From an uncultured Actinomycetota bacterium (GTDB taxonomy: Bacteria > Actinomycetota > UBA4738 > HRBIN12): a stretch of DNA of 64,000 nucleotides. The stretch spans positions 408 to 64,407 of the forward strand of contig CAVXJL010000007.1 in the NCBI GenBank assembly GCA_963762015.1, given 5' to 3'. The notes below the pieces were generated by a model. The model searched no databases. It was not told the origin of the DNA and worked only from the letters and a program-made list of their open reading frames with translations. Below, piece by piece: positions 27,830 through 35,505 of this stretch (position 1 is the first letter of the stretch; every line of letters begins with the position of its first letter). Made by a program: the position numbers and the translations under genes.

Positions 27830-28555
27830 TCAGACCCTGGGGATGACGAACGCCGTCGCCAGCAGCGGCATCGCGACCGACAGGATCTTCAGCGCCGCCT
27901 CCGGCGCCGTCTTGATGTCGTCGGCTCCCATCGGTTCCGTGGTCCCGTCGCGCAGCGTGATGGTCCCCTCCGCGGTCGCGACGTGGCGCCGGAGGCGGCG
28001 CACGGGCGTGGAGAGGACGCGCTGAGCCGCGCTGATCGCGACACACGCCGCAGCGACCAGGACGGCCGCGACATCGATCGAGCCGTCCTGCGCGAACGCT
28101 CCGGTCAGCGCCGGGAACCCGCCCCACGCGATCGCGAACCACAGGTCCGAATGGAACCTGCCGCCGAACAGCTCGAGGTTGTAGGCGACGACGAGGAAGG
28201 CTCCGATGACGATGAAAGCCACCAGCCACGGCGAGACCTGCACGACCCCGATGACCCCCACCGCGCCGGCCGCGATGAGAGCGACGATCGCGAGACCCTG
28301 GAGCACCCGGTCGGGGATCGAGGTCCCCAGTGGACGGCCTCGCAGTTCGTCCAACGCATGCGCCGCGAGGCCCAGGCCCAGGAAGAAGCCGAGCAGGCTC
28401 ATGCCGAGCCGATAGAGATCGAGCTCGTGAACGGTCGTCGCTGCCCCGAGCGCGACGTACGACAGATGCCACAAGGTGTACGGGGGGTGCAGGAGCGTCC
28501 ACCAGTCTCGCCACCCACCCGGCGCGAGCGCGTAGAAAGCGGGACGATCGCTCAT
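27830..28555 (-). CDS. Hypothetical polytopic membrane protein, translationally coupled to the upstream methyltransferase
   Basis: The ATG at 28555 (MSDRPAFYALAPGG) overlaps the methyltransferase stop (ATGA). About 7-8 TM helices and a charged motif AAHALDELRGRP. The rest of the 583-aa ORF is off-frame text. Confidence 0.6.
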   Translation of the reverse strand: MSDRPAFYALAPGGWRDWWTLLHPPYTLWHLSYVALGAATTVHELDLYRLGMSLLGFFLGLGLAAHALDELRGRPLGTSIPDRVLQGLAIVALIAAGAVGVIGVVQVSPWLVAFIVIGAFLVVAYNLELFGGRFHSDLWFAIAWGGFPALTGAFAQDGSIDVAAVLVAAACVAISAAQRVLSTPVRRLRRHVATAEGTITLRDGTTEPMGADDIKTAPEAALKILSVAMPLLATAFVIPRV

Positions 28556-29268
28556 CCGTCCTTCACACCCCAAAGCACGACGGCCGATCCGAACAGGAAG
28601 GTCCGGGTGCGAACGTGACTGATGCCCGCCCTCTGGAACCAGCCGACCCATTCCTCCAGCGGATGGCTGCCGACGAAGCGCGAGATGTCCGGCCCCAGGA
28701 AGGCGACCGTGCGTGCCCACGCCGGCGACACGGCGGTCCCGATGACCCGCATCAGCACCCTCGTGTAGATCCACCAGCCGGCGCGAGCGACCGGCGCGCG
28801 CGGCACGTGGAACTCCAACATCGCGATCGAGCCGCCGGTCGCGACCACGCGAGTGAGCTCCCGCACCGTCTCGGCAGGGTCCTCCACGTATCGCAGGAGG
28901 TAGGTGAAGGAAACGGCATCGAAGGCTCCGTCGTCGAACGGGAGACGCTCCGCCTGTCCGAGGACGGGCGCGATGCGGTCGTCGAAGCCTGCCACCCGGT
29001 TCGGTTCTCGGCCCGCGCGAAGCATCGCCTCGCTCTGGTCCAGGGCCACGACTCGGACGTCGCTCTGTGCCGCGAGCGCGCGGGAAACGAGCTGCGTGCC
29101 GGCCGCGACATCGAGCACCCTCGATCCCGAAGAGACGTTTGTCCTCGACACGAGGAAGCGTCTCCATCGCCCGTCTTGTCCGATCGAAAGGAGCGCACCC
29201 ATCCGCTCGTAGTCGGAGGCGATGCCCGCGAAGAGCCTTTGCGCGAAGTGGCCGCGGTCGCGCCCCAT
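28552..29268 (-). CDS. Class I SAM-dependent methyltransferase (UbiE/MenG-like)
   Basis: ATG at 29268 (MGRDRGHFAQRLFAGIASDYERM), SAM motif RVLDVAAGTQ, FDAVSFTYLLRYV. 238 aa. Confidence 0.8.
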   Translation of the reverse strand: MGRDRGHFAQRLFAGIASDYERMGALLSIGQDGRWRRFLVSRTNVSSGSRVLDVAAGTQLVSRALAAQSDVRVVALDQSEAMLRAGREPNRVAGFDDRIAPVLGQAERLPFDDGAFDAVSFTYLLRYVEDPAETVRELTRVVATGGSIAMLEFHVPRAPVARAGWWIYTRVLMRVIGTAVSPAWARTVAFLGPDISRFVGSHPLEEWVGWFQRAGISHVRTRTFLFGSAVVLWGVKDG

Positions 29269-29285
29269 GAACCTGTCGATCCGCC

Positions 29286-30062
29286 TTAGGCCGATCCGAG
29301 GAACGTCGGTAGGTCCGCGAAAGACGCGAGAACATGATCGGGCCTGCCCTCGGGATGTTCCGCATCCCCTTCCCGATACTTCCCGGTCCGGACCAAGATC
29401 CCGGTGAGCCCCGCCGCTTGCGCTCCCAGGATGTCGTTGACGATGTCGTCGCCCACCATCGCGACACGATCGGCTTCCAGACCCAGCATCGCCAGCGCCG
29501 CGTCGAAGTAGGCCTTCTCTGGTTTCCCACAGATCGTCGCCTTCGTGTTCGCGGCCTCCTCGAGTCCGGCGATGTAAGCACCGCCGTCCAGCTCCCAACC
29601 TTCGCTCGTCTTCCAGAAGAGGTTCCTGTGCATCCCCACGAGTGAGGCCCCCTCCATCAGGCGTCGGAAGATCGCGTTCAAGGTCGCGTAGGTGAAGTCA
29701 TCGCAGGCACCTCCGATGACGATCACGTCGGCGTCCCCGACCGGCACGAGGTCGATGCCGGCAAGGTCCTCCGTCGCGTCTCCATCGGAGAGAACGAAGA
29801 CCTTCGATCCCGGGTGTGCGGCGCGCAGATTGGCGGTCGTCGCGACGACGGCGGTCACGATCTCCTCCTCCCCGACGTCGAATCCGCCATCCCGGAGCGT
29901 GCTGGCGAGGTCGGCGCGCGTCTTCGTGGTCGTGTTGGTGATGAGGCGGAACGGAACCGCGTCATCACGAAGGCGCTTCATCGCATCGACCGCGCCCGGG
30001 AGCGCCTCCCAGGAAACGGCGAGCACTCCGTCGATGTCCAGCAGCAGCCCCTCGATCGCCAC
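29286..30062 (-). CDS. HAD-IIA family phosphatase
   Basis: GTG at 30062 (VAIEGLLLDIDGVL gives the DxDG motif), TNTT, GKP and GDDIVNDI motifs. 258 aa. Confidence 0.8.
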   Translation of the reverse strand: MAIEGLLLDIDGVLAVSWEALPGAVDAMKRLRDDAVPFRLITNTTTKTRADLASTLRDGGFDVGEEEIVTAVVATTANLRAAHPGSKVFVLSDGDATEDLAGIDLVPVGDADVIVIGGACDDFTYATLNAIFRRLMEGASLVGMHRNLFWKTSEGWELDGGAYIAGLEEAANTKATICGKPEKAYFDAALAMLGLEADRVAMVGDDIVNDILGAQAAGLTGILVRTGKYREGDAEHPEGRPDHVLASFADLPTFLGSA

Positions 30063-30171
30063 GATCGGAGTCTCGCATGCAAGAGGGGCAGCGCCGCCTC
30101 CGGCAGGATCGGCCCGGCGATCCCGGAAGATGCCAACGAGTCGGCCGTTCGGGCCGGATACTTCCCACGTG

Positions 30172-30819
30172 ATGGTGGTCCTCATCGTGCTCGCCCTGGC
30201 GATCCTTGTCGGCTTCATCGCGGGCGGGAGCATCCGACCCTTCGAGCATCTCAAGGTGCGCTGGTGGGGGATCGCCCTTGCGGGCCTCGCCCTCCAGGGG
30301 GTTTCCCTCGCAAGTGACATCGGTCGCTCTGCCGGGTCGGCGTTGCTAGTGGGCTCCTATGCGCTGCTCCTGTTGTTCGGATGGGCGAACCGCCGGCTTC
30401 CCGCCCTCTGGCTCGTGATGGCGGGGCTCGTGCTGAACATCCTGGTCATCGGCGTGAACAGCGGGATGCCCGTGAGCGCGAGCGCCCTCGAAACGGCCGG
30501 TGCCCGCGCCGAGGGTCTCGGCGTGGGCACCGCGAAGCACCACCTGATGGGCCCCGACGACAAGCTGACGCCGCTGGGAGACGTGATCGGAATCCCGCCG
30601 CCCGTCGGCGCCGTTATCTCGATCGGCGACGTCCTGCTCTACGCCGGTATCGCGATCCTCGTCGTCGCGGTCATGCTCGGACGCTTCGACGAGGATCCCC
30701 CGGAAGCGGCTCCGCTCTTCCAGGGGTACCGGGGGAAGCACCTGCCTCCGGATCGCCGCTTCTCATCTCTGGCGCCTCGGCCGGCGGCTCCTGCTGCAAG
30801 AGGGACGTGGGGAACCTGA
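30172..30819 (+). CDS. DUF5317-like small polytopic membrane protein
   Basis: MVVLIVLALAILVGFIAGGS... with 5-6 TM helices. The 3' tail overlaps the convergent kinase gene by about 149 nt, so the true stop of one of the two may differ. Confidence 0.55.
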   Translation: MVVLIVLALAILVGFIAGGSIRPFEHLKVRWWGIALAGLALQGVSLASDIGRSAGSALLVGSYALLLLFGWANRRLPALWLVMAGLVLNILVIGVNSGMPVSASALETAGARAEGLGVGTAKHHLMGPDDKLTPLGDVIGIPPPVGAVISIGDVLLYAGIAILVVAVMLGRFDEDPPEAAPLFQGYRGKHLPPDRRFSSLAPRPAAPAARGTWGT

Positions 30820-32194
30820 CCGTGATCGTCGCGCCCGCACCGGGTGCGCTCTCGACCTCGAAGCGTCCACCACCCACCTGCGCGCGTTCCCGCATCATCG
30901 CCATCCCGAAGTGACCCTCGGGACCCGGAGCGCTCGTGTCGAAGCCGACTCCGTTGTCCTTGAGACTGAGCACGATGTCGTCGTCTTCCTCGCGAACCGC
31001 GATCCACATGTCTCTGGGCTGCGCATGTTTGAGGGCGTTCATCACGCCCTCGCGCGCGATGTGGTACACGAGCAGGGCGATCGGAGCCGGGAGCTGGATG
31101 TCCTCGACGTCGCGATGGAACCGGATGGATGAATCGCGACCGACCTCGTCGGTGAAGGACTCGAGCGCCTCCGCGAGACCTTTCGCGCCGAGCGGTGAAC
31201 GATGCAGATCTCGGATGAGCGCGCGGATCCGGTCCGACGTCTCTTGCTTCGACTGACGGATCTTGTCGAGCTGGAGGCTCACGTCCTCCATCTGACCTTT
31301 CGCGAGGAGCTTGCGTGCGACATCGACCTGGATAGAGAGACGGAACAACACCTGAGCGAGGTCATCGTGGAGGTACCCGGCGATCTGGAGTCGTTCATCG
31401 GCCCGTTCCTCCGCCATCGCGTTCGAAAGCGAACGAAGTACTTGCTCGCGATCCTGAAGTTCTTTGTGAGCCTCTTCGAGAGCCTGCGATCGGAAGAACA
31501 TCTGCCGCGCGAAAAGCAGTGGAGCAAGAATCGCTGGGAGAGCCCAGAAGGTCACTTCTTCGTACAAGAAGGCGAGGCTCAGCCCAACAAGACCGAGGCC
31601 AAAGTAGCTCACAAGGAACTCGCTTAAGCGCCCGATTCGCAGCTCTCGCGCCACCTGTTGGATGGGCACTCCGGTTCGAAGACTCACGAAGACTGCAACG
31701 AGGCCGCTATTGACTGCGTAGTCCACAAGCGACGCTCCGGCTGCTGCGAGCAAGAGGACGACTTCCGATCCGGGCTCGGATTCCCTGCCGAAGCCAGTCA
31801 ACCCGTGGAAGACAGCACTTGCAGCGAGGACCGATAGGGCAACCTGACATCGGTTGAACAGAGCGCGAAGAAACGATACTTCACCTCGGAATTCCCGTGG
31901 ATCTGACGCGCCGATCAAAGCCACAGCCGCGGACGCGGCCGGCTCGTACAGGAACGCCACAACCATGAGCAGCGGAAAGCCGACGCTTATCGTCAGGCCA
32001 CGCCAAGCGGGAACTGGGAGCAGCTCAACTAGTCCGATGAGGGCGGCCCAGAAGACCAGCTCGCCCCCGTATTCCCGGAACGCTGCGGGGTCGCGCGCGA
32101 TGAGGATCCCACCCCCCACCAGGGTAGGAACGATTACCAGAAGCTCGAAGGCGACCACCTTTCGCTGGTCGACCTTGGCCGGATTCGTCTTCAT
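30671..32194 (-). CDS. Sensor histidine kinase, HisKA_3 (NarX/DesK-type) with 7-8-TM N-terminal sensor
   Basis: ATG at 32194 (MKTNPAK). Polytopic N-terminal half, coiled-coil linker, H-box AGYLHDDLAQ, N-box MNALKHA, G1 DNGVGF. Confidence 0.8.
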   Translation of the reverse strand: MKTNPAKVDQRKVVAFELLVIVPTLVGGGILIARDPAAFREYGGELVFWAALIGLVELLPVPAWRGLTISVGFPLLMVVAFLYEPAASAAVALIGASDPREFRGEVSFLRALFNRCQVALSVLAASAVFHGLTGFGRESEPGSEVVLLLAAAGASLVDYAVNSGLVAVFVSLRTGVPIQQVARELRIGRLSEFLVSYFGLGLVGLSLAFLYEEVTFWALPAILAPLLFARQMFFRSQALEEAHKELQDREQVLRSLSNAMAEERADERLQIAGYLHDDLAQVLFRLSIQVDVARKLLAKGQMEDVSLQLDKIRQSKQETSDRIRALIRDLHRSPLGAKGLAEALESFTDEVGRDSSIRFHRDVEDIQLPAPIALLVYHIAREGVMNALKHAQPRDMWIAVREEDDDIVLSLKDNGVGFDTSAPGPEGHFGMAMMRERAQVGGGRFEVESAPGAGATITVRFPTSLLQQEPPAEAPEMRSGDPEAGASPGTPGRAEPLPGDPRRSVRA

Positions 32195-32301
32195 GAACGC
32201 CAATCTTGGCGTTCGCAGCTCTGAGCGCAAGCAGCCCAACGACCCCTACAGCATGTGTCGTACATGACGCCTACAGCAGTCTCGGTAGCTGTATCGGCGT
32301 C

Positions 32302-32330
32302 CTTGTCTATCCCCCGGCTGACGTCGATAT
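32302..32330 (+). promoter_or_regulatory. Sigma-70-like promoter hexamers upstream of the small ORF
   Basis: TTGTCT (32302-32307), a 17-nt spacer, then GATATT (32325-32330). This is pattern recognition only. Confidence 0.3.
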
Positions 32331-32418
32331 TCACCTCTGGAGTCCCCCAAATGGGGGGTTGGCATAGGTCAAAGGCGGGACTGCCTCGTTGGGCCCGTTA
32401 GAGGAGAGGGGGATCGGC

Positions 32419-32502
32419 ATGAAGGTCGTGCGACGGATTGCAATCGCGCTCGGCTCTCTGCTGGCTGTCGCTCTGGCCGGCGGCGCCCACTGGCGCGGCT
32501 AG
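32419..32502 (+). CDS. 27-codon small ORF encoding a signal-peptide-like or single-TM peptide
   Basis: GGAGAGGGGGA ends 5 nt before the ATG at 32419. Translation: MKVVRRIAIALGSLLAVALAGGAHWRG, TAG at 32500-32502. A canonical terminator lies 28 nt downstream. Too short for the supplied ORF track. Confidence 0.35.
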   Translation: MKVVRRIAIALGSLLAVALAGGAHWRG

Positions 32503-32529
32503 TCAGACCGAACTTCAGAGACTGAACAG

Positions 32530-32562
32530 AGGGGGCCTGAAGAAGGGCCCCCTTTTTGTTGT
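32530..32562 (+). terminator. Rho-independent terminator
   Basis: GGGGGCC (32531-32537), 8-nt loop, GGCCCCC (32546-32552), then TTTTTGTTGT. An A-rich stretch lies on the other side, so it may also serve the convergent kinase gene that ends at 32578. Confidence 0.65.
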
Positions 32563-32577
32563 GAGCCAATGGATGCT

Positions 32578-33987
32578 TCATGAATCCTTCGGGATACTTG
32601 CCCCAACCGTTGTTCCTGACCCTAGCCGTGAGTCGATAGACATATGGCCGCCGGCAGCCTCAAGCCGTTCTTTCATGATCTGCAGGCCAAAGTGCCTATT
32701 GCCATCCACCCTGAACCAATCGAACCCAGATCCATCATCGGTGACGCTAACGCGAACCATCGTTTCATCTGCCCAGAGGCGCACAGTGATCCGCGAAGCT
32801 TGGGCGTGCTTCGCAGAGTTGTGGAGAGCCTCGCGGATGACCTGGTATGCGAGTAGCTGAGCAAGAGGGGTGCTCTCAAACTCCTCTTCCACGAGATCCA
32901 CCGGGGGCGACCCAGCGGCCGCAAGCTGATCGACCAGCATGCGAACAGTTGGAACCAGCCCCGCAGCTCCAAGCGGGGATCGGCGAAGATCACCGAGGAG
33001 ATCCCGAATCGCTCGCTGTGCAGCATCCGTTGCGAGGAGCAGTTCAGGGAGATCATCGTCAAGTTCCAGTAGCCGTCCCGCCGCAAGATCTTGCTTGAGT
33101 ACCTGGCCCATGAGATGAACCTTGAAGAGAGACGGAAGAACCTCATCATGCAGCTCCCCGGCCAGGGCCAGGCGCTCGTCCTTTCGTTCCCGCGCGACCT
33201 CTCCAGCAGCGCCACGTAGTGCCGCATCTTTTTGGCGGATGCGCTCTGTGGCGTATAGGACCTGTTGGGTCTGACGAAACATCTCCCGAGCGAGCACAAG
33301 GGGCGCAAGGAACAACAGCAGTGCCCATACGTCACCCACCGCAACCGCGGCGGCAAGTGGAAGAGCAAGGAGGCCAAGAAGAAGGTAGCCAGCCAGGTAA
33401 TGAAGAGGTGACGCGCCGAACATCTTCTGGAGGACACCTCGCGGCGCCAATCGATCTTCAATCGAAACGGCGGAGGCCACCAGTACGAAATTGACGCCAG
33501 CATCAAGCAAGAGGGCAGCTGCACCAGGAAGTAGGACTCTGGGCCAGTCAAGGATGACTCCATCCAACATGTGGAAGAGAGCAGACCCCGCCATCACGCT
33601 TGCAGCCACTTGGCTCCGATTGAACACCGACTTCGCCAACGAAACGCCGCCCCTCAGCTCCCGTGGATCGAAGGAGCCGATGAAGGCGATCAGCGCCGCT
33701 TCGGTAGGAAGAAAGATCATTCCAGCGGCGAGGGTCACAGGAAACGACATGCTGACACTCACGGAACCCCACACGCGAACGGGAACGAGATCAACGGCAG
33801 CCACAATGGCTGCCCACAAACCCAGCTCTACGAGCTCGGCATCATTCCCAGCCAGACGAGCAGCCCCCGGAAGCGCAACGATCGCTGTCAGAAAACTCAC
33901 GGCCCACAGAAATGCCCTAGCCAGTGGTGGCTCGTGCGTACCAGCTTCTGGCTTACGGCGCCTCCTATGACTGATCGAGACCGACAT
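32578..33987 (-). CDS. Sensor histidine kinase, HisKA_3 type, paralog of the neighbouring kinase
   Basis: ATG at 33987 is preceded by GGGAGGAAGG. Same architecture as the 30671-32194 kinase and alignable by eye (GSFDPRELRGGVSLAKSVFNRSQVA vs GASDPREFRGEVSFLRALFNRCQVA). H-box AGELHDEVLP, G1 DDGSGF. Confidence 0.8.
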   Translation of the reverse strand: MSVSISHRRRRKPEAGTHEPPLARAFLWAVSFLTAIVALPGAARLAGNDAELVELGLWAAIVAAVDLVPVRVWGSVSVSMSFPVTLAAGMIFLPTEAALIAFIGSFDPRELRGGVSLAKSVFNRSQVAASVMAGSALFHMLDGVILDWPRVLLPGAAALLLDAGVNFVLVASAVSIEDRLAPRGVLQKMFGASPLHYLAGYLLLGLLALPLAAAVAVGDVWALLLFLAPLVLAREMFRQTQQVLYATERIRQKDAALRGAAGEVARERKDERLALAGELHDEVLPSLFKVHLMGQVLKQDLAAGRLLELDDDLPELLLATDAAQRAIRDLLGDLRRSPLGAAGLVPTVRMLVDQLAAAGSPPVDLVEEEFESTPLAQLLAYQVIREALHNSAKHAQASRITVRLWADETMVRVSVTDDGSGFDWFRVDGNRHFGLQIMKERLEAAGGHMSIDSRLGSGTTVGASIPKDS

Positions 33988-34130
33988 CCTTCCTCCCTCT
34001 TGGAAGATGCGGTCTCCCCGGCCACCGCGGGCCTAGCGAACGCTCGGAGTTGTAGCCCATCCGCCGTACGGCCCACAAGACTGACAAACTCGCCCAAGCC
34101 ACTCGTCGCCGGTCGTGCGAGACTCGGCTC

Positions 34131-34574
34131 ATGACCGCCGAACCTGACCAAGACCCCAAGAAGCGCCGATCGCCCTTCCGCGACGAGGTCTGGGGGGATG
34201 AACCCCAGGAGGTCGACGCCTCCGAAGTCGTCGAGGAACTGGAGACGTCGCAATCAGAGCTCGCTCGCAGATGGCACGACCACCCGACCATCGTCCCGTT
34301 CAAGATCGTGGCCGGCTTCATCGCTCGCAACGGCAAGCGCGTCGCGATCACGATCGCCGGCTTCGTGGTGCTCCTCGCCGGCTTGGCGATGCTGGTACTC
34401 CCCGGTCCAGGCATCATCGTGATCCTCGCCGGCCTCGCGATACTCGCCACCGAGTACGTCTGGGCTCAACGACTCCTGAGGATCGCGAAGGAGAAGGCGA
34501 ATCAAGCGAAGGACGCGGTCTTCAAGAAGAAGGAAGAGGAGGGAAAGACCGAAGAAGGCGGTGAGCAAACGTGA
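34131..34574 (+). CDS. PGPGW-motif transmembrane protein
   Basis: Contains AGLAMLVLPGPGIIVILAGLAILATEY and a Lys/Glu-rich tail. 147 aa. Confidence 0.7.
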   Translation: MTAEPDQDPKKRRSPFRDEVWGDEPQEVDASEVVEELETSQSELARRWHDHPTIVPFKIVAGFIARNGKRVAITIAGFVVLLAGLAMLVLPGPGIIVILAGLAILATEYVWAQRLLRIAKEKANQAKDAVFKKKEEEGKTEEGGEQT

Positions 34575-35488
34575 CTGGCGGCTCGATCCTGATCGGCACG
34601 TCGTCGTGGACGGATCCCACCCTGATCAAGGACGGGAACTTCTACCCGCCGGGTACCAGCTCGGCGGAGGGTCGGCTGAAGTTCTACGCCTCCCGATTCC
34701 CGCTGGTCGAGGTCGACTCCACCTACTACTTCCCTCCATCGGAGCGGAACTCGGAGCTCTGGATCGAGCGCACACCCGCCGACTTCACGTTCAACATCAA
34801 GGCGTACTCCCTACTCACGAACCACCCAACGAAACCGGAGTCGCTGTACGGCGACATCAGGGACGAGCTTCCGAAGGAGCTACTCGAGAAGCGACGCCTT
34901 TATCGAGACAAGCTCCCTGAGGACGCTGTCGACGAGGTGTGGGAGCGGTTCCGTCTCGCGCTCTACCCGTTGCACTCCGCCGGGAAGCTTGGCGCCGTCC
35001 TGTTCCAGTTCCCTCAGTACTTCACGATCTCGAAGAAGAACAAGGCCTACATCGAGGAGGCTTTTACACGCCTCCCCGACTACCGGATCGCCGTGGAGTT
35101 CCGGCACAAGTCCTGGCTGGAGGAGCGCAACGTGGAGGAAACCCTCTCGTTCCTCGAGGAACGGAACCTTCCTCTCGTCTGTGTGGACATGCCGCAAGGC
35201 TTCGACTCATCGATGCCGCCGATCGCGGCGGCGACCGCCGACGACCTGGCGATGGTGCGATTCCATGGGCGGGATCCGAAGGCATGGCAGACGAAGAGCG
35301 AGAGCGCGAGCGAGCGCTTCCGCTACGACTACGAGAAGAACGAGCTCCAGGAATGGGTCCCGAAGATCGAGGGTTTGTCGGAGGCGACACGCGAGACCCA
35401 CGTGCTGATGAACAACTGCTATCGGGACTTCGCGGTGCGCAACGCGAGGGACTTGGGTTCGCTGCTCGACCTGGATCTTCCGGCGTAG
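34571..35488 (+). CDS. DUF72 (UPF0759) family protein
   Basis: GTSSWTDP...FYP...RLKFYASRFPLVEVDSTYY. The GTG start overlaps the upstream stop (GTGA). 305 aa. Confidence 0.85.
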   Translation: MTGGSILIGTSSWTDPTLIKDGNFYPPGTSSAEGRLKFYASRFPLVEVDSTYYFPPSERNSELWIERTPADFTFNIKAYSLLTNHPTKPESLYGDIRDELPKELLEKRRLYRDKLPEDAVDEVWERFRLALYPLHSAGKLGAVLFQFPQYFTISKKNKAYIEEAFTRLPDYRIAVEFRHKSWLEERNVEETLSFLEERNLPLVCVDMPQGFDSSMPPIAAATADDLAMVRFHGRDPKAWQTKSESASERFRYDYEKNELQEWVPKIEGLSEATRETHVLMNNCYRDFAVRNARDLGSLLDLDLPA

Positions 35489-35505
35489 CCCGTAGGCTGC
35501 CGACG

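Noticed and set aside
27830-29581. 583-aa ORF read as one protein (likewise 45238-46803, 521 aa, and 2830-3543, 237 aa)
   Set aside because: Only the C-terminal parts are protein-like (membrane protein from ATG 28555, NUDIX from GTG 45882, Rieske from GTG 3153). The N-terminal extensions overlap neighbouring genes in other frames.
32343-32358. Short CCCCC-AAAT-GGGGG hairpin as an independent regulatory element
   Set aside because: A 5-6-bp stem alone is not interpretable. It is mentioned only as part of the putative leader of the small ORF.
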